Position numbers and translations under genes: made by a program. The notes under the pieces were generated by a model. That model was given only the letters and a program-made list of their open reading frames with translations. It had not been told where the DNA came from and did not search any database. A stretch of 64,000 nucleotides of DNA from an uncultured Acidimicrobiia bacterium (GTDB taxonomy: Bacteria > Actinomycetota > Acidimicrobiia > IMCC26256 > PALSA-555): positions 11,111 through 75,110 of the forward strand of contig CAWELA010000003.1 in NCBI GenBank assembly GCA_963809885.1, given 5' to 3'. Of the stretch, positions 40,872-50,654 are shown piece by piece; within the stretch, counting starts at the first letter, position 1; each line of letters starts with the position of its first letter.

Positions 40872-42635
40872 GTGGTGGATCGGGAGCGCGAGCTGCGGCG
40901 GGCCGGCTGGCGACTCATGCTCGAGGCGCTGCGCACCCAGCGTGGATGGGTCATCGGCGGGGTCGTCGCCGGCATCCTGTGGACCGCCGCGAAGATCTCG
41001 GTGCCGCTGCTCGCGGCAGCGGCGATCGACCAGGGGATCATCCCCGGGGACACCGAGGCGATCGTCCTGTACTCGATGCTGATCATCGTGGTGGGCGCGT
41101 TCCAGGCCGTCGGCACCGGTGGTCGCCGCTATGCCGCGTTCCGCATCTCGTACCGCGTCGAGAGCGATCTGCGCGAGCGACTGTTCGCGCACCTCCAGCG
41201 GCTGCACTTCGCGTTCCACGACCGTGCCCAGACCGGACAGCTCATGGCGCGGGCGAACACCGACATCCAGCAGGTGAACACACTCGTCGTGCTGCTGCCG
41301 CTGTTCGCGGCGAGCCTGCTCATCGTGCTCGTGGTCGTCGTGATCATGCTGCTGCAGAGCGTCACCCTCGCGCTGCTGGCGCTCGGTGCGCTGCCCTTCC
41401 TCAACATCGCCGCGACCCGGTTCTCGCACCGGATCGCGCCCGTCTCGCTGCACCTGCAGGAGGAGCTCGGTGACCTCTCGGGCGTCGTCGAGGAGACGGT
41501 CGCCGGCGTGCGGGTCGTGAAGGGCTTCGGCGCCGAGCAGCTCCAGGCCCGCCGGCTGGAGGCCGAGGCCGACGACGTCCTCGAGAAGGCACTCGAGGGG
41601 GCGCGGCTGCGCTCCCGCTTCCTCCCGCTCGTCGACTTCCTCCCGGCCCTCGCGCTCGTCGCGATCCTCTGGTACGGCGGGCACCTCGTGCTCGACGGCG
41701 ACCTCGCGATCGGCGACCTGGTCGCGTTCAACTCGTTCATCCTGATGCTCATCTGGCCGCTGCGGATGGCCGGCATGCTGCTGGCCCAGGCGAGTCGCGC
41801 GTCGGCATCGGCAGGCCGGATCCATCAGATCCTCTCGACCGACCCGGCCGTGGTTGATCCGCCGGACCCGAGGCCGCTCCCGGCGAACGGGTCCGGGGAG
41901 CTGCGGTTCGAAGGTGTCGCGTTCGCGTACGGCGACGGGCCATCGGTGCTCGCCGGGCTCGACCTCGTCGTGCGGGCCGGTGAGGCGGTCGCGGTCGTCG
42001 GTCCGACCGGGAGTGGAAAGACGACCATCGCGCGCCTGGTCTCGCGCTTCTACGACGTCCGCGCCGGCTGCGTGATGGTCGACGGCGTCGACGTGCGCGA
42101 CGTGAAGGTGCGTGAGCTGCGACGGCAGGTCGGCATCGTGTTCGAGGACACGTTCCTGTTCACGGATACCGTCGCCGAGAACATCGCGTTCGCGGACCCC
42201 GAGGCGCCGCTGGAGCACGTGCGACGGGCCGCCCGACTCGCGGGCGCCGACGATTTCGTGAGCGCACTGCCCGACGGCTACGACACGGTGATCGGCGAGC
42301 AGGGCTTCTCGTTGTCGGGTGGGCAGCGCCAACGCATCGCGATCGCGCGTGCGGTCCTCGCGGATCCGCGTGTGCTGATCCTCGACGACGCGACCTCGTC
42401 GGTCGACCCCACCAAGGAGCACGAGATCCGCGCCGCGCTCGGTGAGGTGATGAGTGGTCGGACCACGCTGATCATCGCCCACCGCGCGGCCACGATCGCG
42501 CTGGCCGATCGCGTGGTGCTGATCGACGGCGGACGGGTCGTCGCCGAGGGCACACACGACGAGCTGCTCGCGTCGTCGGCGAAGTACCGCGACGTGCTGG
42601 CGCAGTCCGACGGACTGGCCGAGGCGGCGTCGTGA
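40872..42635 (+). CDS. ABC exporter, fused permease plus ATPase (first subunit of a probable heterodimer)
   Basis: Intact 587-aa ORF with a six-TM domain, Walker A GPTGSGKTT, signature LSGGQRQR and Walker B ILDDATS. Confidence 0.9.
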   Translation: MVDRERELRRAGWRLMLEALRTQRGWVIGGVVAGILWTAAKISVPLLAAAAIDQGIIPGDTEAIVLYSMLIIVVGAFQAVGTGGRRYAAFRISYRVESDLRERLFAHLQRLHFAFHDRAQTGQLMARANTDIQQVNTLVVLLPLFAASLLIVLVVVVIMLLQSVTLALLALGALPFLNIAATRFSHRIAPVSLHLQEELGDLSGVVEETVAGVRVVKGFGAEQLQARRLEAEADDVLEKALEGARLRSRFLPLVDFLPALALVAILWYGGHLVLDGDLAIGDLVAFNSFILMLIWPLRMAGMLLAQASRASASAGRIHQILSTDPAVVDPPDPRPLPANGSGELRFEGVAFAYGDGPSVLAGLDLVVRAGEAVAVVGPTGSGKTTIARLVSRFYDVRAGCVMVDGVDVRDVKVRELRRQVGIVFEDTFLFTDTVAENIAFADPEAPLEHVRRAARLAGADDFVSALPDGYDTVIGEQGFSLSGGQRQRIAIARAVLADPRVLILDDATSSVDPTKEHEIRAALGEVMSGRTTLIIAHRAATIALADRVVLIDGGRVVAEGTHDELLASSAKYRDVLAQSDGLAEAAS

Positions 42636-44438
42636 GAGGCGCCGGACGCGGCGGATTCGGGGTCCACGCGGTCGAAGAGTCGCTGACCCGCGACGAGGCC
42701 CGCGGGGTCCTGCGCCGGTTGGCGCGGATGCTGCGCCCCTGGAGGGGACGGGTCGTCGGATCCGTCGGGCTCCTGGTGGGTCAGACCGCGTGCTTGCTGG
42801 CGGGTCCGGCGCTCGTCGCCTACGGCATCGACTCGGGTCTGCGCGCGAACGACCCCGGTGCCCTCAACCTCGCCGCACTCGCATACCTCTGCGTCGCTGT
42901 TGCCGCGCTGTTCTTCGGACGGGCCTCGATCTGGGCGATCGCGCGGATCGGCGAGCAGTTCCTCCGTGACCTGCGCGTCCGCGTGTTCCACCACCTGCTC
43001 ACGCTCGGCCTCGACTTCTACGAGCGCGAGCGCACCGGGCGACTCGTGTCTCGGCTCACGTCCGACGTGGACGCACTGCAGGAGCTCGTCCAGCAGGGCC
43101 TCGCGATGTTCGTGCAGAACGCTCTGCTTGTTCTTCGGCGCCGTCATCGTGATCTTCGTGCTGAGCTGGCAGCTCGCCTTGTGCATCCTGGTCCTCGTGC
43201 CGCCGATCGTCCTCGCGACCAGGTGGTTTCGCCGGGCGGCGAACCGCGCGTACCTCGAGGTGCGGGAGCGCATCGGCGCGAACCTGACGACGCTGCAGGA
43301 GGGTCTGGCGGGCGTGCGCGTCGTCCAGGCGTTCGGGCGCGAGCGCTCGTTCGCCGGCCGCTTCCGCGAGACGAACGAGGCCCAGTTCGACGCCAACCTC
43401 GAGACAGTCAAGATCTCGACCAGGTACTTCCCGTTCATCGAGTTCTGCGGCGTCGTCGGTGTGGCGATGATCGTCGGCATCGGCGGCCTCTTCGTCGACC
43501 AGGGAGATCCTCACCGTCGGCGCGGTCGCAGCGTTCATCCTCTACCTGAACAACTTGTTCGAGCCCGTGCAGCAGCTCGGCCAGCTCTACAACACCCTGC
43601 AGTCGGCCGCCGCCGCGCTGTACAAGCTGTTCGGGCTGCTCGACACGCCGGCCTCGATCGGTGAGCGCCCGGGCGCGGTCGACCTCCCCGAGCGCGGCGC
43701 GTTCGAGGTCGAGGGCGTCTCGTTCGGGTACGCCGACGGTCCCGACGTGCTGCACGACGTGTCGCTGCGGGTGGAGCCGGGTGAGCGCATCGCCCTGGTC
43801 GGGCCCACGGGCGCGGGGAAGTCGACGCTCGCGAAGCTCGTCGCCCGCTTCTACGACCCCCGGTCCGGCGTCGGTCCGCTACGGCGGTGTCGACCTGCGC
43901 GACGCGACCCTGGCGTCCCTGCGGAAGCGGATCGTCGTCGTCCCGCAGGAGGGCTACCTGTTCGCCGGCACGATCCGCGAGAACGTACGCGTCGGGCGGC
44001 CGGAGGCGACCGACGAAGAGGTCGACGCCGCGCTCGAGGTGCTCGGGATCCGCGAGCGGTTCGCTTCGCTCCGGGAGGGGCTCGACACCGAGGTGCGCGA
44101 GCGGGGGAGCCGCCTCTCGGCCGGGGAACGCCAGCTCGTCTCCCTCGCGCGCGCGGCGCTGGTCGATCCCCCGGTGCTCGTCCTCGACGAGGCGACGTCG
44201 AACCTCGACCCTGGCACCGAGCACACGGTCGAGCGCGCGCTCGAGGCGCTGACCGAGCGTCGCACCGTCTTCGTCGTCGCCCACCGTCTCTCGACCGCGG
44301 CCCGTGCCGACCGCGTCGCCGTCGTCGACGACGGCCGCATCGTCGAGGTCGGCCCTCACGACGAGCTCGTCCGGACGCGAAGGCAGGTACGCGAGCCTCT
44401 GGGCCAGCTGGAGCAGCAGCCAAGCCAGGGCGTCCTAG
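42632..44438 (+). CDS. ABC exporter, fused permease plus ATPase (second subunit; at least 4 frameshifts)
   Basis: 4-nt overlap with the upstream gene. TM domain blocks lie in ORFs 42632.., 42858.. and 43555... The NBD lies in ORF 43661.. (GPTGAGKST, LSAGERQL, VLDEATS). The end ..GRYASLWASWSSSQARAS-TAG at 44438 is read in a third frame. Confidence 0.85.
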
Positions 44439-44463
44439 CTCCCCCTGGCAAGTTCGGCGCGCC

Positions 44464-45244
44464 CTACTCGAAGGCGATCGCGGGCTCCAGGCGGTGGGCG
44501 AACCGACGCAGGGTGCGCAGCAGGGTGAGGCCGAGCACGATGATCAGCAGGGCGTTGAACAGCGCGCCGGCGGCGTCCCAGGCCAGGGATGTCGCGACGT
44601 AGTACGACCAGTAGTGCTGCGCGGTGTCGACGACACCGAGCCCGGGGCGCCAGAGCGTCGGGCCGTCACCCTGGAACAGCGGCCACGACCAGAGGTTGAG
44701 GATCGCCCCGTAGGCGAAGCCCCACAACCATCCGAACGCCGGCGACGACGCCGACCTCGACGTGCGGCTCGAGCCGGCACGTCCAGCGGCCGAGCACGCC
44801 GGACGTCGCGCCCATGGCGCCGAGTCCGAGCATCTGGAACGGGAGCCACGGCCCGATCCCTCCCGTGATGAACGCCGAGGCGGCCATGGCGGTGAGCCCG
44901 AGCAGCAGTCCGAAGCGTGGACCGAACGCGACGCCGCCCAGGACCACGAGGAAGAAGATGCCGGCGTTGTTCCCCGGGAGCTCGACGAGGCGCAGCATCC
45001 CGGCGCTCGCCGCGAGCACGCCGAGCACCGCGACCGTCGCCCCGTTCATCGTCCCGCGTCGCACCTCGAGCGCCAACGCGGCGACGACGAGGATGCTGAT
45101 CGCCGCGGTCCACAGCGGCGCGTCGGTGCTGTGCGCGGCATCGGGAAACGCGGTCGACGGCAACCAGAACGGGTAGAGGAACGCCGCGACGCCGACCACG
45201 CCGACGAGCACGTACACGAGCGCGGGGCGCAGGCGCTCGGTCAC
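44464..45244 (-). CDS. ECF transporter S (substrate-capture) component, polytopic membrane protein (one frameshift near 44740)
   Basis: GTGA overlap with the ecfA stop. VTERLRPALVYVLVGVVGVAAFLYPFW.. is followed by 5-6 TM helices, with the C-terminus in ORF 44464..44727. It occupies the last position in a T-A-S operon. Confidence 0.65.
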
Positions 45245-46807
45245 GTTCGCTCCAGCTCGGCCGCGACCTGCTCCACCGTCAGGAACGGCGGGAGCACCCG
45301 GAGCACCTGCGGTGCGAACAACGATCCGGTGAGCACCTCGCGGGTCGGACCGTCGGCGACGACGTCGCCGTCGCCGAGCACGACCACACGTGAGGCGCAC
45401 CGAGCGGCGAGCTCCACGTCGTGCGTCGCCAGCACCACCGCACCACCGGCGGCCGCGTGCTCGCTCACGGCCCGCTCGAGCGCCGCGCGCGACGAGGCGT
45501 CCATGCCGCGGGTCGGCTCGTCGAGCAGCAGCACGTCGGCGCCGCCCACCGCGACCGCGGCGATCGCGACACGCTGGCGCTCCCCGCCGGCCAGGCTCCG
45601 CGGGTGGCGCTCGGCGAGGTGGGCGATGCCGAGCCGGTCCAGCCACGCATCGACCGAACCGGTGTCCCGGCGGCCGAGGAGCTTGAGCGTCTCGGCGACC
45701 TCTCGTCGGACCGTCGGGGAGAACAGCAGCGTGCTCGGGTCCTGGGGGACGTACGCAACGGTGCCGGTCGGCACCACCTGTCCTCGGTGGGCCCGGTCGA
45801 GCCCCGCGAACGCGCGCAGGAGGGTGGTCTTCCCGGCGCCGTTGCGCCCGAGCAGCGCGACGACCTCGCCGGCGCCGGACCTCGACGTCGAGGCCGTGCA
45901 GCACCGCCCGCCCACCGAGCTCGACGACGAGGCCCTCGGATGCCACGAGCGCGGCGCCGGGGGTGCGACCGTCGGTGGCTGGCGCGTCCGGATCGTCCAC
46001 GGACAGGTTCGTGGTGGCAGCGAGCGCGCGGGCGTCGCGCACCGTCAACGGCGGCGGCACCCAGCCGAGCAGGCGTCCGAGCCGAGTGACCGGCGGCGCC
46101 CCGGGATACGTGGCGAGCGCGTCGGCGACGCCCGTCGGAGCGGGCACTGCACCGACGCCGAGCACGACCGCGCGGTCGGCGAGCGGCGCGGCGCGCTCCA
46201 GGCGGTGCTCGGCGAGCAGCACGGTCGTGCCGAGGTCGGCGTTGAGGCGCGCGACCGCGGCGAGCACGTCCTCGGCACCCTGGGGGTCGAGCTGCGACGT
46301 CGGCTCGTCGAGGACGAGTGCGGACGGCGATGCCGCGAGCGCGCCCGCGATCGCGACGCGTTGGCGTTCGCCGCCCGACAGCGTCGTCGGCGCGCGCCGG
46401 CGGAGGTGCGCGATGCCGAGCGCGTCGAGCGTCTCCTCGACCCGACGGCGCATCGCGGTCTCCGAGAGGCCGAGGTTCTCGAGCACGAACGCGATGTCGT
46501 GCTCGACCTCGTCGACGACGAGCTGTGCCTCCGGGTCCTGGCTCACGAACCCCACGACGTCGGCGAGCTCGCGCGGGTGGTGGCTGCGGGTCGAGCGCCC
46601 GAAGGCCACGACGTCGCCGCTGAATCGCCCACCGGTCGCGTGCGGGACGAGGCCGTTCGCGGCCCGGAGCAGTGTGCTCTTGCCCGAGCCCGAGTCGCCG
46701 ACGACGAGCAGGATCTCGCCCGCGGCGACCTCGAGGTCGACGTGCTCCAGCGCCGCCGGTCCGTCGGGGTAGGCGAAGGAGACGTCCTGGTAGGAGATCG
46801 CGCTCAT
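45241..46807 (-). CDS. ECF transporter duplicated ATPase (EcfA-EcfA' fusion; one frameshift near 45880)
   Basis: There are two NBDs. The first has GDSGSGKST..LSGGERQR..VLDEPTS. The second (ORF 45241..45915) has GRNGAGKTT..LAGGERQR..LLDEPTR. Confidence 0.85.
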
Positions 46808-47997
46808 GCCGGCGCCATCCCCGGCTCGGGCGACGTCGAACGGGGCTCCGGGTTCGGTCGCCCGCTCCAGCCGCGCGCAGCGCGGGCCGACGGGTCAGCG
46901 GCGCGAGCAGCGGGAGGAAGGCGAGCGCGGGCAGGAGGCCGAAGGTGGGCCAGGCCACCGGGCTGGGGCTCCACGTCAGCGTGTCGTCGCCGGTGAGCAC
47001 CAGCACCCCGAGCAGCACGGGCGCGAGCAGGGTGCCGGCGATGCACCAGCGGTCCGCCGCGGCGAGGCGGCGCGGACGGTAGCGGATGCGTCCGGTCTCG
47101 CGGGACGCGACCCGGACGGTCACGACGAGCCCGAGCAAACCGACCGCCCCCAGCACGAGCGCGACCGTGTCCTCGCGTGCGACGAGCGCCACGAACGCGC
47201 TCCCCAGCGCGACGAGCGACGCCGCGCCGGCCCAACCGGCCCCGCGCTCGCGTGCCGTCGCGCCGCCGTGCGCGAACCCGCGTGAGTCGAGCGACTCGGC
47301 CAGCGTCACCGCCTGCTCGAGGCCGCGCTCCAGGACCGGGACGACTTGACGCACGAGCCTGCCGCGCCGCACGACCGCGTCCTCCGGTGCGGGCGCGGTC
47401 GGCCTCCCGGACGTCGCGGATCGCCTCGATGGTCGAGGGGACGAACGCCAGCGCGACCACCACGATCAGCCCGAGCTCGTAGAACGCGCGCGGCGTCGTC
47501 TGCACGAGCTCGTAGTGCGAGACGACCGCGTTGAACGCGGCGAACACCGCGATGATCCCGACGACGACGAGCCCCTCGGAGCCGGCCTGCAGCACGACCG
47601 GCGCAGTGGTGGAACCACCGACCGTGAAGCCACCCAGGAAGTCGGGCAGCGTGAACGACGGTGTCGTGAACAGCACATCGGTGTTGCCGTGCGTCGTGAG
47701 CGCGATGAGCACGACGCGGAACACCGCGAAGAACACCGCGACACCCACGAGGATCGGGAACGCGCGCGCGTACGGGCCGTCGAGCCCGTGCTCGGCGACG
47801 ACCAACCACGCGATCCCGATGACGAGGAGCACGTACACCGGGCTCGGCGCGAGCTGGAGTGCGAGCGCGGCCGCCAGGGCCCAGACGACCCAGGTCACGG
47901 CGTGCCACGGGCGCCCAGGATCTCGGGTGGCCGGGTTGCGCGGCGGGGTCCGGGCATCGCCGGCGCGTGCACCGTCGGGGGCTTGCGTCCTTGGCAC
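46804..47997 (-). CDS. ecfT: ECF transporter transmembrane (T) component, CbiQ/EcfT family (at least 2 frameshifts)
   Basis: GGAGA RBS plus GTG 47997. ..PWHAVTWVVWALAAALALQL.., ..FTVGGSTTAPVVLQAGSEGL.. and ..RAFYELGLIVVVALAFVPS.. are present, followed by ..LERGLEQAVTLAESLDSRGF.. in ORF 45465..47372. ATGA overlap with ecfA. Confidence 0.7.
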   Translation of the reverse strand: MPRTQAPDGARAGDARTPPRNPATRDPGRPWHAVTWVVWALAAALALQLAPSPVYVLLVIGIAWLVVAEHGLDGPYARAFPILVGVAVFFAVFRVVLIALTTHGNTDVLFTTPSFTLPDFLGGFTVGGSTTAPVVLQAGSEGLVVVGIIAVFAAFNAVVSHYELVQTTPRAFYELGLIVVVALAFVPSTIEAIRDVREADRARTGGRGRAARQARASSRPGPGARPRAGGDAGRVARLTRVRARRRDGTRARGRLGRRGVARRAGERVRGARRTRGHGRARAGGGRFARARRDRPGRVPRDRTHPLPSAPPRRGGPLVHRRHPARARAARGAGAHRRRHADVEPQPGGLAHLRPPARARLPPAARAADPSARAARGWSGRPNPEPRSTSPEPGMAPA

Positions 47998-48029
47998 CGT
48001 TCTCCAGTAATGTCCGCAGCGACAGCGGT

Positions 48030-48240
48030 CACCCACGGCCCGGATGCCGTGGGTGGTCCCGGTTCCGTCTCGCCCCGCTTCGGCGGGAGGGGCGATCCGG
48101 GGCGGGGGAAGTCGGTGCGAGACCGACGCTGACCCGCAACTGTGAGCGGTACCGAGCTCGGGCGACCGGGCCGGGACCGTGAGCCAGGCTACCTGCCGCC
48201 GTCCGCCGGGCCACCGGCGCTCCCGAAGTGGGAGGCCGCT
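48030..48240 (+). promoter_or_regulatory. Cobalamin (B12) riboswitch
   Basis: On the plus strand, GGGGAAGTCGGTGCGAGACCGACGCTGACCCGCAACTGTGAGCGG (48105-48149) matches the conserved GGGAA..GGTG..A..CC..CTG.CCCGCAACTGT core. GTGAGCCAGGCTACCTGCC (48179-48197) matches the B12 box. A 5' hairpin CCCACGGC/GCCGTGGG is present. The 3' segment TCCGCCGGGCC can pair with GGCCGGCGGAGGA, which covers the RBS of ATG 48299. Confidence 0.85.
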
Positions 48241-48298
48241 CCATCCGAGCGGTCACATATGGCCCTCGTGGACCAGGGGCCGGCGGAGGAAACCTCTC

Positions 48299-49727
48299 AT
48301 GGCACGTTTCGTGCGCGCAGCGCTCGTTGTCGCGATCGTCTCCGCGTCGTTCGCGTCGCTCGCCGGCGCACCGGCGTCCGGTGCGAGCGCACCGGTCACC
48401 AACGGAGTCGCGTGGCTCCGGTCCCTGCAGCAACCCGACGGCGGGTTCGAGACCGAGGGCTTCCCCGGCTTCGAGAACGCCGACGCGATCCTGGCGCTCG
48501 CGCAGTCGGCGCAGTCCGGTTCGAGCTGGGACGCCGCCGCGGCGCGCGCCGCGGTCCTCGGCACCTCGACGTCGGCCGGCAAGACCCCGCTCGACTCGGT
48601 CGATGCCTATGCGTCGGGTTCGATCGACCCGGGGGAAGCCGGGAAGATCATCGCGCTGGTGACGAACCCCCTCGCGATGGACCCGACCGCCTTCGATCCG
48701 TCGGGCGACGGCACGGTCGATCTCACGGCCCAGCTCGGCACTCCCGGCGCCGACGACAAGTGGGGCGTCTCGCTCGGTGCGTTCAACACGATCCTGTTCG
48801 CGATCCGGGGCTACGCGGCGTTCGCGTCGGTCCCGGATGCAACCATCACGGTCGTCCGCAACGCGCAGAAGAGCGACGGCAGCTGGTCGTACGACGGCGA
48901 CAACACCGGGACGAACGGCGGCGCCGACACCACCGGACTCGCGGTGCAGGCGCTGCTCGAGTCGGGAGTCGCCGCGGCGGATGCCGACGTCACCCAGGCA
49001 CTCGACTACCTGGAGGCGCAGCAGCAACCGAGTGGCGCGTGGACCGACGGGTTCTCCGAGAACCCGAACTCGACCGCGGTCGCGTTGCTCGCGCTGTCGG
49101 CCGCGGGTCGGACCGGCACGCTGGCCGCCGGCGACGCCTACCTGCTCGGCGTCCAGCAGAGCGACGGGCACTTCGCCGGTCCCTACGACGACGCGACCCC
49201 CAACACGTTCGGCACCGCGCAGGCGGTGCAGGCGCTCGTGCGGACCGGGATCCCCGACGCCACCACGTACGCGCATCCGCGGACGGTGCCCGCGGCGACG
49301 GGTGGAGGAGCGCTGACGCTCGAGACCGACCGCGGAGTTCTCGAGAACGTCAGCGGCAGTCGATCCTGCGACGGTGGCGGCGCCACCAGCCGGGGTGATC
49401 TTCCCCAAGGGCCTGGTCTCGTTCTCGGTGACCGAGCTCGACGACGGGGAGACCGTCGCGGTTCGGCTCACGCTGCCGGTCGGTACGACGCTGTCGCGCT
49501 ACTTCAAGCTCATCGGCTCGACGTGGTCCGATGCGACGTCGCTCGCGTCGTTCAGCGGGAACGTGGTGACGCTCGCGCTCACCGACGGGGGCGCCGGTGA
49601 CGCCGACGGGGTGGAGAACGGTGTGATCGTCGACCCGAGCGGACCGGCCGTCGTCGGGGCGGTGGTCTCGCCCGACGCAGTGGTCTCGCCCGATGCGCTG
49701 CTGCTCGTTCCCCGGTTCACCGGATGA
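48299..49727 (+). CDS. Secreted alpha/alpha-toroid (prenyltransferase / squalene-oxidase-repeat-like) protein with a C-terminal choice-of-anchor-type beta domain (one frameshift near 49353)
   Basis: Signal peptide MARFVRAALVVAIVSASFASLAGAPASGA. There are repeated ..QQPDGGF.., ..QKSDGSWSYD.., ..QQPSGAWTD.. and ..QQSDGHFAG.. motifs typical of terpenoid-cyclase/prenyltransferase-like toroids. ORF 49374..49727 has ..FPKGLVSFSV..LTDGGAGDADGVENGVIVDPSGP... The stop overlaps the next start (ATGA). Confidence 0.7.
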
Positions 49728-50584
49728 GTCGGCTCGTGCGGATCGCTGCGCTGTGCGCACTGGTCGCGGGGGTGACGTTCGTCGCCGCCGCACCGGCACC
49801 CGCCGCGGGATCGAGTCGCGCGGTCGTGAACGTGAGTGGGAGCAACCACGTCATCAGCTTCAACGGCTCGATCAGCGGCATCGGCGCACTGCAGATGGTC
49901 GCGAGCGTGGCCACCATCTCGTACGGCGGCCAGGGGACCGCCGTGTGCAGCATCAACGGGGTGGGCAATCCGGCAGTCCCCGGGCAGTGTCTCGGCGAGC
50001 AGGGTGATGGGCGGTACTGGTCGTACTGGCGCGCGAGCCCGGGCGCCGGCGGCTTCTCGTACTCCGGAGGCGGTGCCGGCGGCACGTCGGTGGCGGACGG
50101 TTGGGTGGAGGGCTGGAACTTCGGTACCGGGCCACCGCCGTTCTCCTCCTTCTGCGCGGTCGCGGGTTGCGCTCCGCCCCCGCCGCCGCCGCCGCCGGTG
50201 ACGACGCCGCCGACCGCGGCGCCGGTCGGCGCAGCCGGCGGGAGCGCGGCCGCGGCGACGACCGGCGACACCAAGGCCGCGGGACCGAAGTCCGGCGACG
50301 GCAAGCAGTCGGGGTCGGGCAAGAAGTCGGGCGGCGAGGGGAAGGGCAACGGGTCCCCGGGCTCCGACCCGGGCTCGGCCGGCGGAGCGGGGTCGAACGC
50401 CTCGGGCAAGGACGGCCGAGGCGCGGGGCGGGACAGCCAACAGGCCTCCGGGCCGCTCGTGTCGCGCCCCGACGACAGTGGCTCACCCTGGGGCGTTGCC
50501 GTCGCGGCGGGCGCGTTCGCCGCGCTGGGCGCCGGTGGCTTCGTGCTCCGCAGGCGTCGACGGATGTCGGTCCCGCTCGACTAG
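49724..50584 (+). CDS. Cell-surface protein: signal peptide, DUF4430-like (transcobalamin C-terminal-like) domain, Pro/Gly-rich linker and C-terminal TM anchor
   Basis: Intact 286-aa ORF. ..ISGIGALQMV..YGGQGTAVCSINGVG..GRYWSYWRA..FSYSGGGAGGTSVADGWVEGWNFG.. fits the W-Y-x-V-N-G / DGD-x-I-x-W pattern of DUF4430. It also has a P8 stretch and the terminal ..PWGVAVAAGAFAALGAGGFVLRRRRR. Confidence 0.6.
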   Translation: MSRLVRIAALCALVAGVTFVAAAPAPAAGSSRAVVNVSGSNHVISFNGSISGIGALQMVASVATISYGGQGTAVCSINGVGNPAVPGQCLGEQGDGRYWSYWRASPGAGGFSYSGGGAGGTSVADGWVEGWNFGTGPPPFSSFCAVAGCAPPPPPPPPVTTPPTAAPVGAAGGSAAAATTGDTKAAGPKSGDGKQSGSGKKSGGEGKGNGSPGSDPGSAGGAGSNASGKDGRGAGRDSQQASGPLVSRPDDSGSPWGVAVAAGAFAALGAGGFVLRRRRRMSVPLD

Positions 50585-50654
50585 TCCGCGAGTACGGGAA
50601 ACCCGGCCTGGCTGAAGGCGTCGTACCCCTCCGAGATGATGCCAAGATCACCGG

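Noticed and set aside
40872-44438. Calling the heterodimeric ABC exporter pair CydD/CydC
   Set aside because: It lies 33 kb from cydAB, is not in the same operon, and I saw no distinguishing CydDC features. Generic type-IV exporter folds cannot be assigned a substrate from sequence alone.
49689-49727. Reading the PRFTG tail as a sortase LPXTG-type or PEP-CTERM-type sorting signal
   Set aside because: Known sorting signals of that kind are followed by a hydrophobic helix and a basic tail. Here the motif is the last residue stretch before a confirmed stop, and no sortase or exosortase gene is in the window. I report it as an unexplained motif instead.
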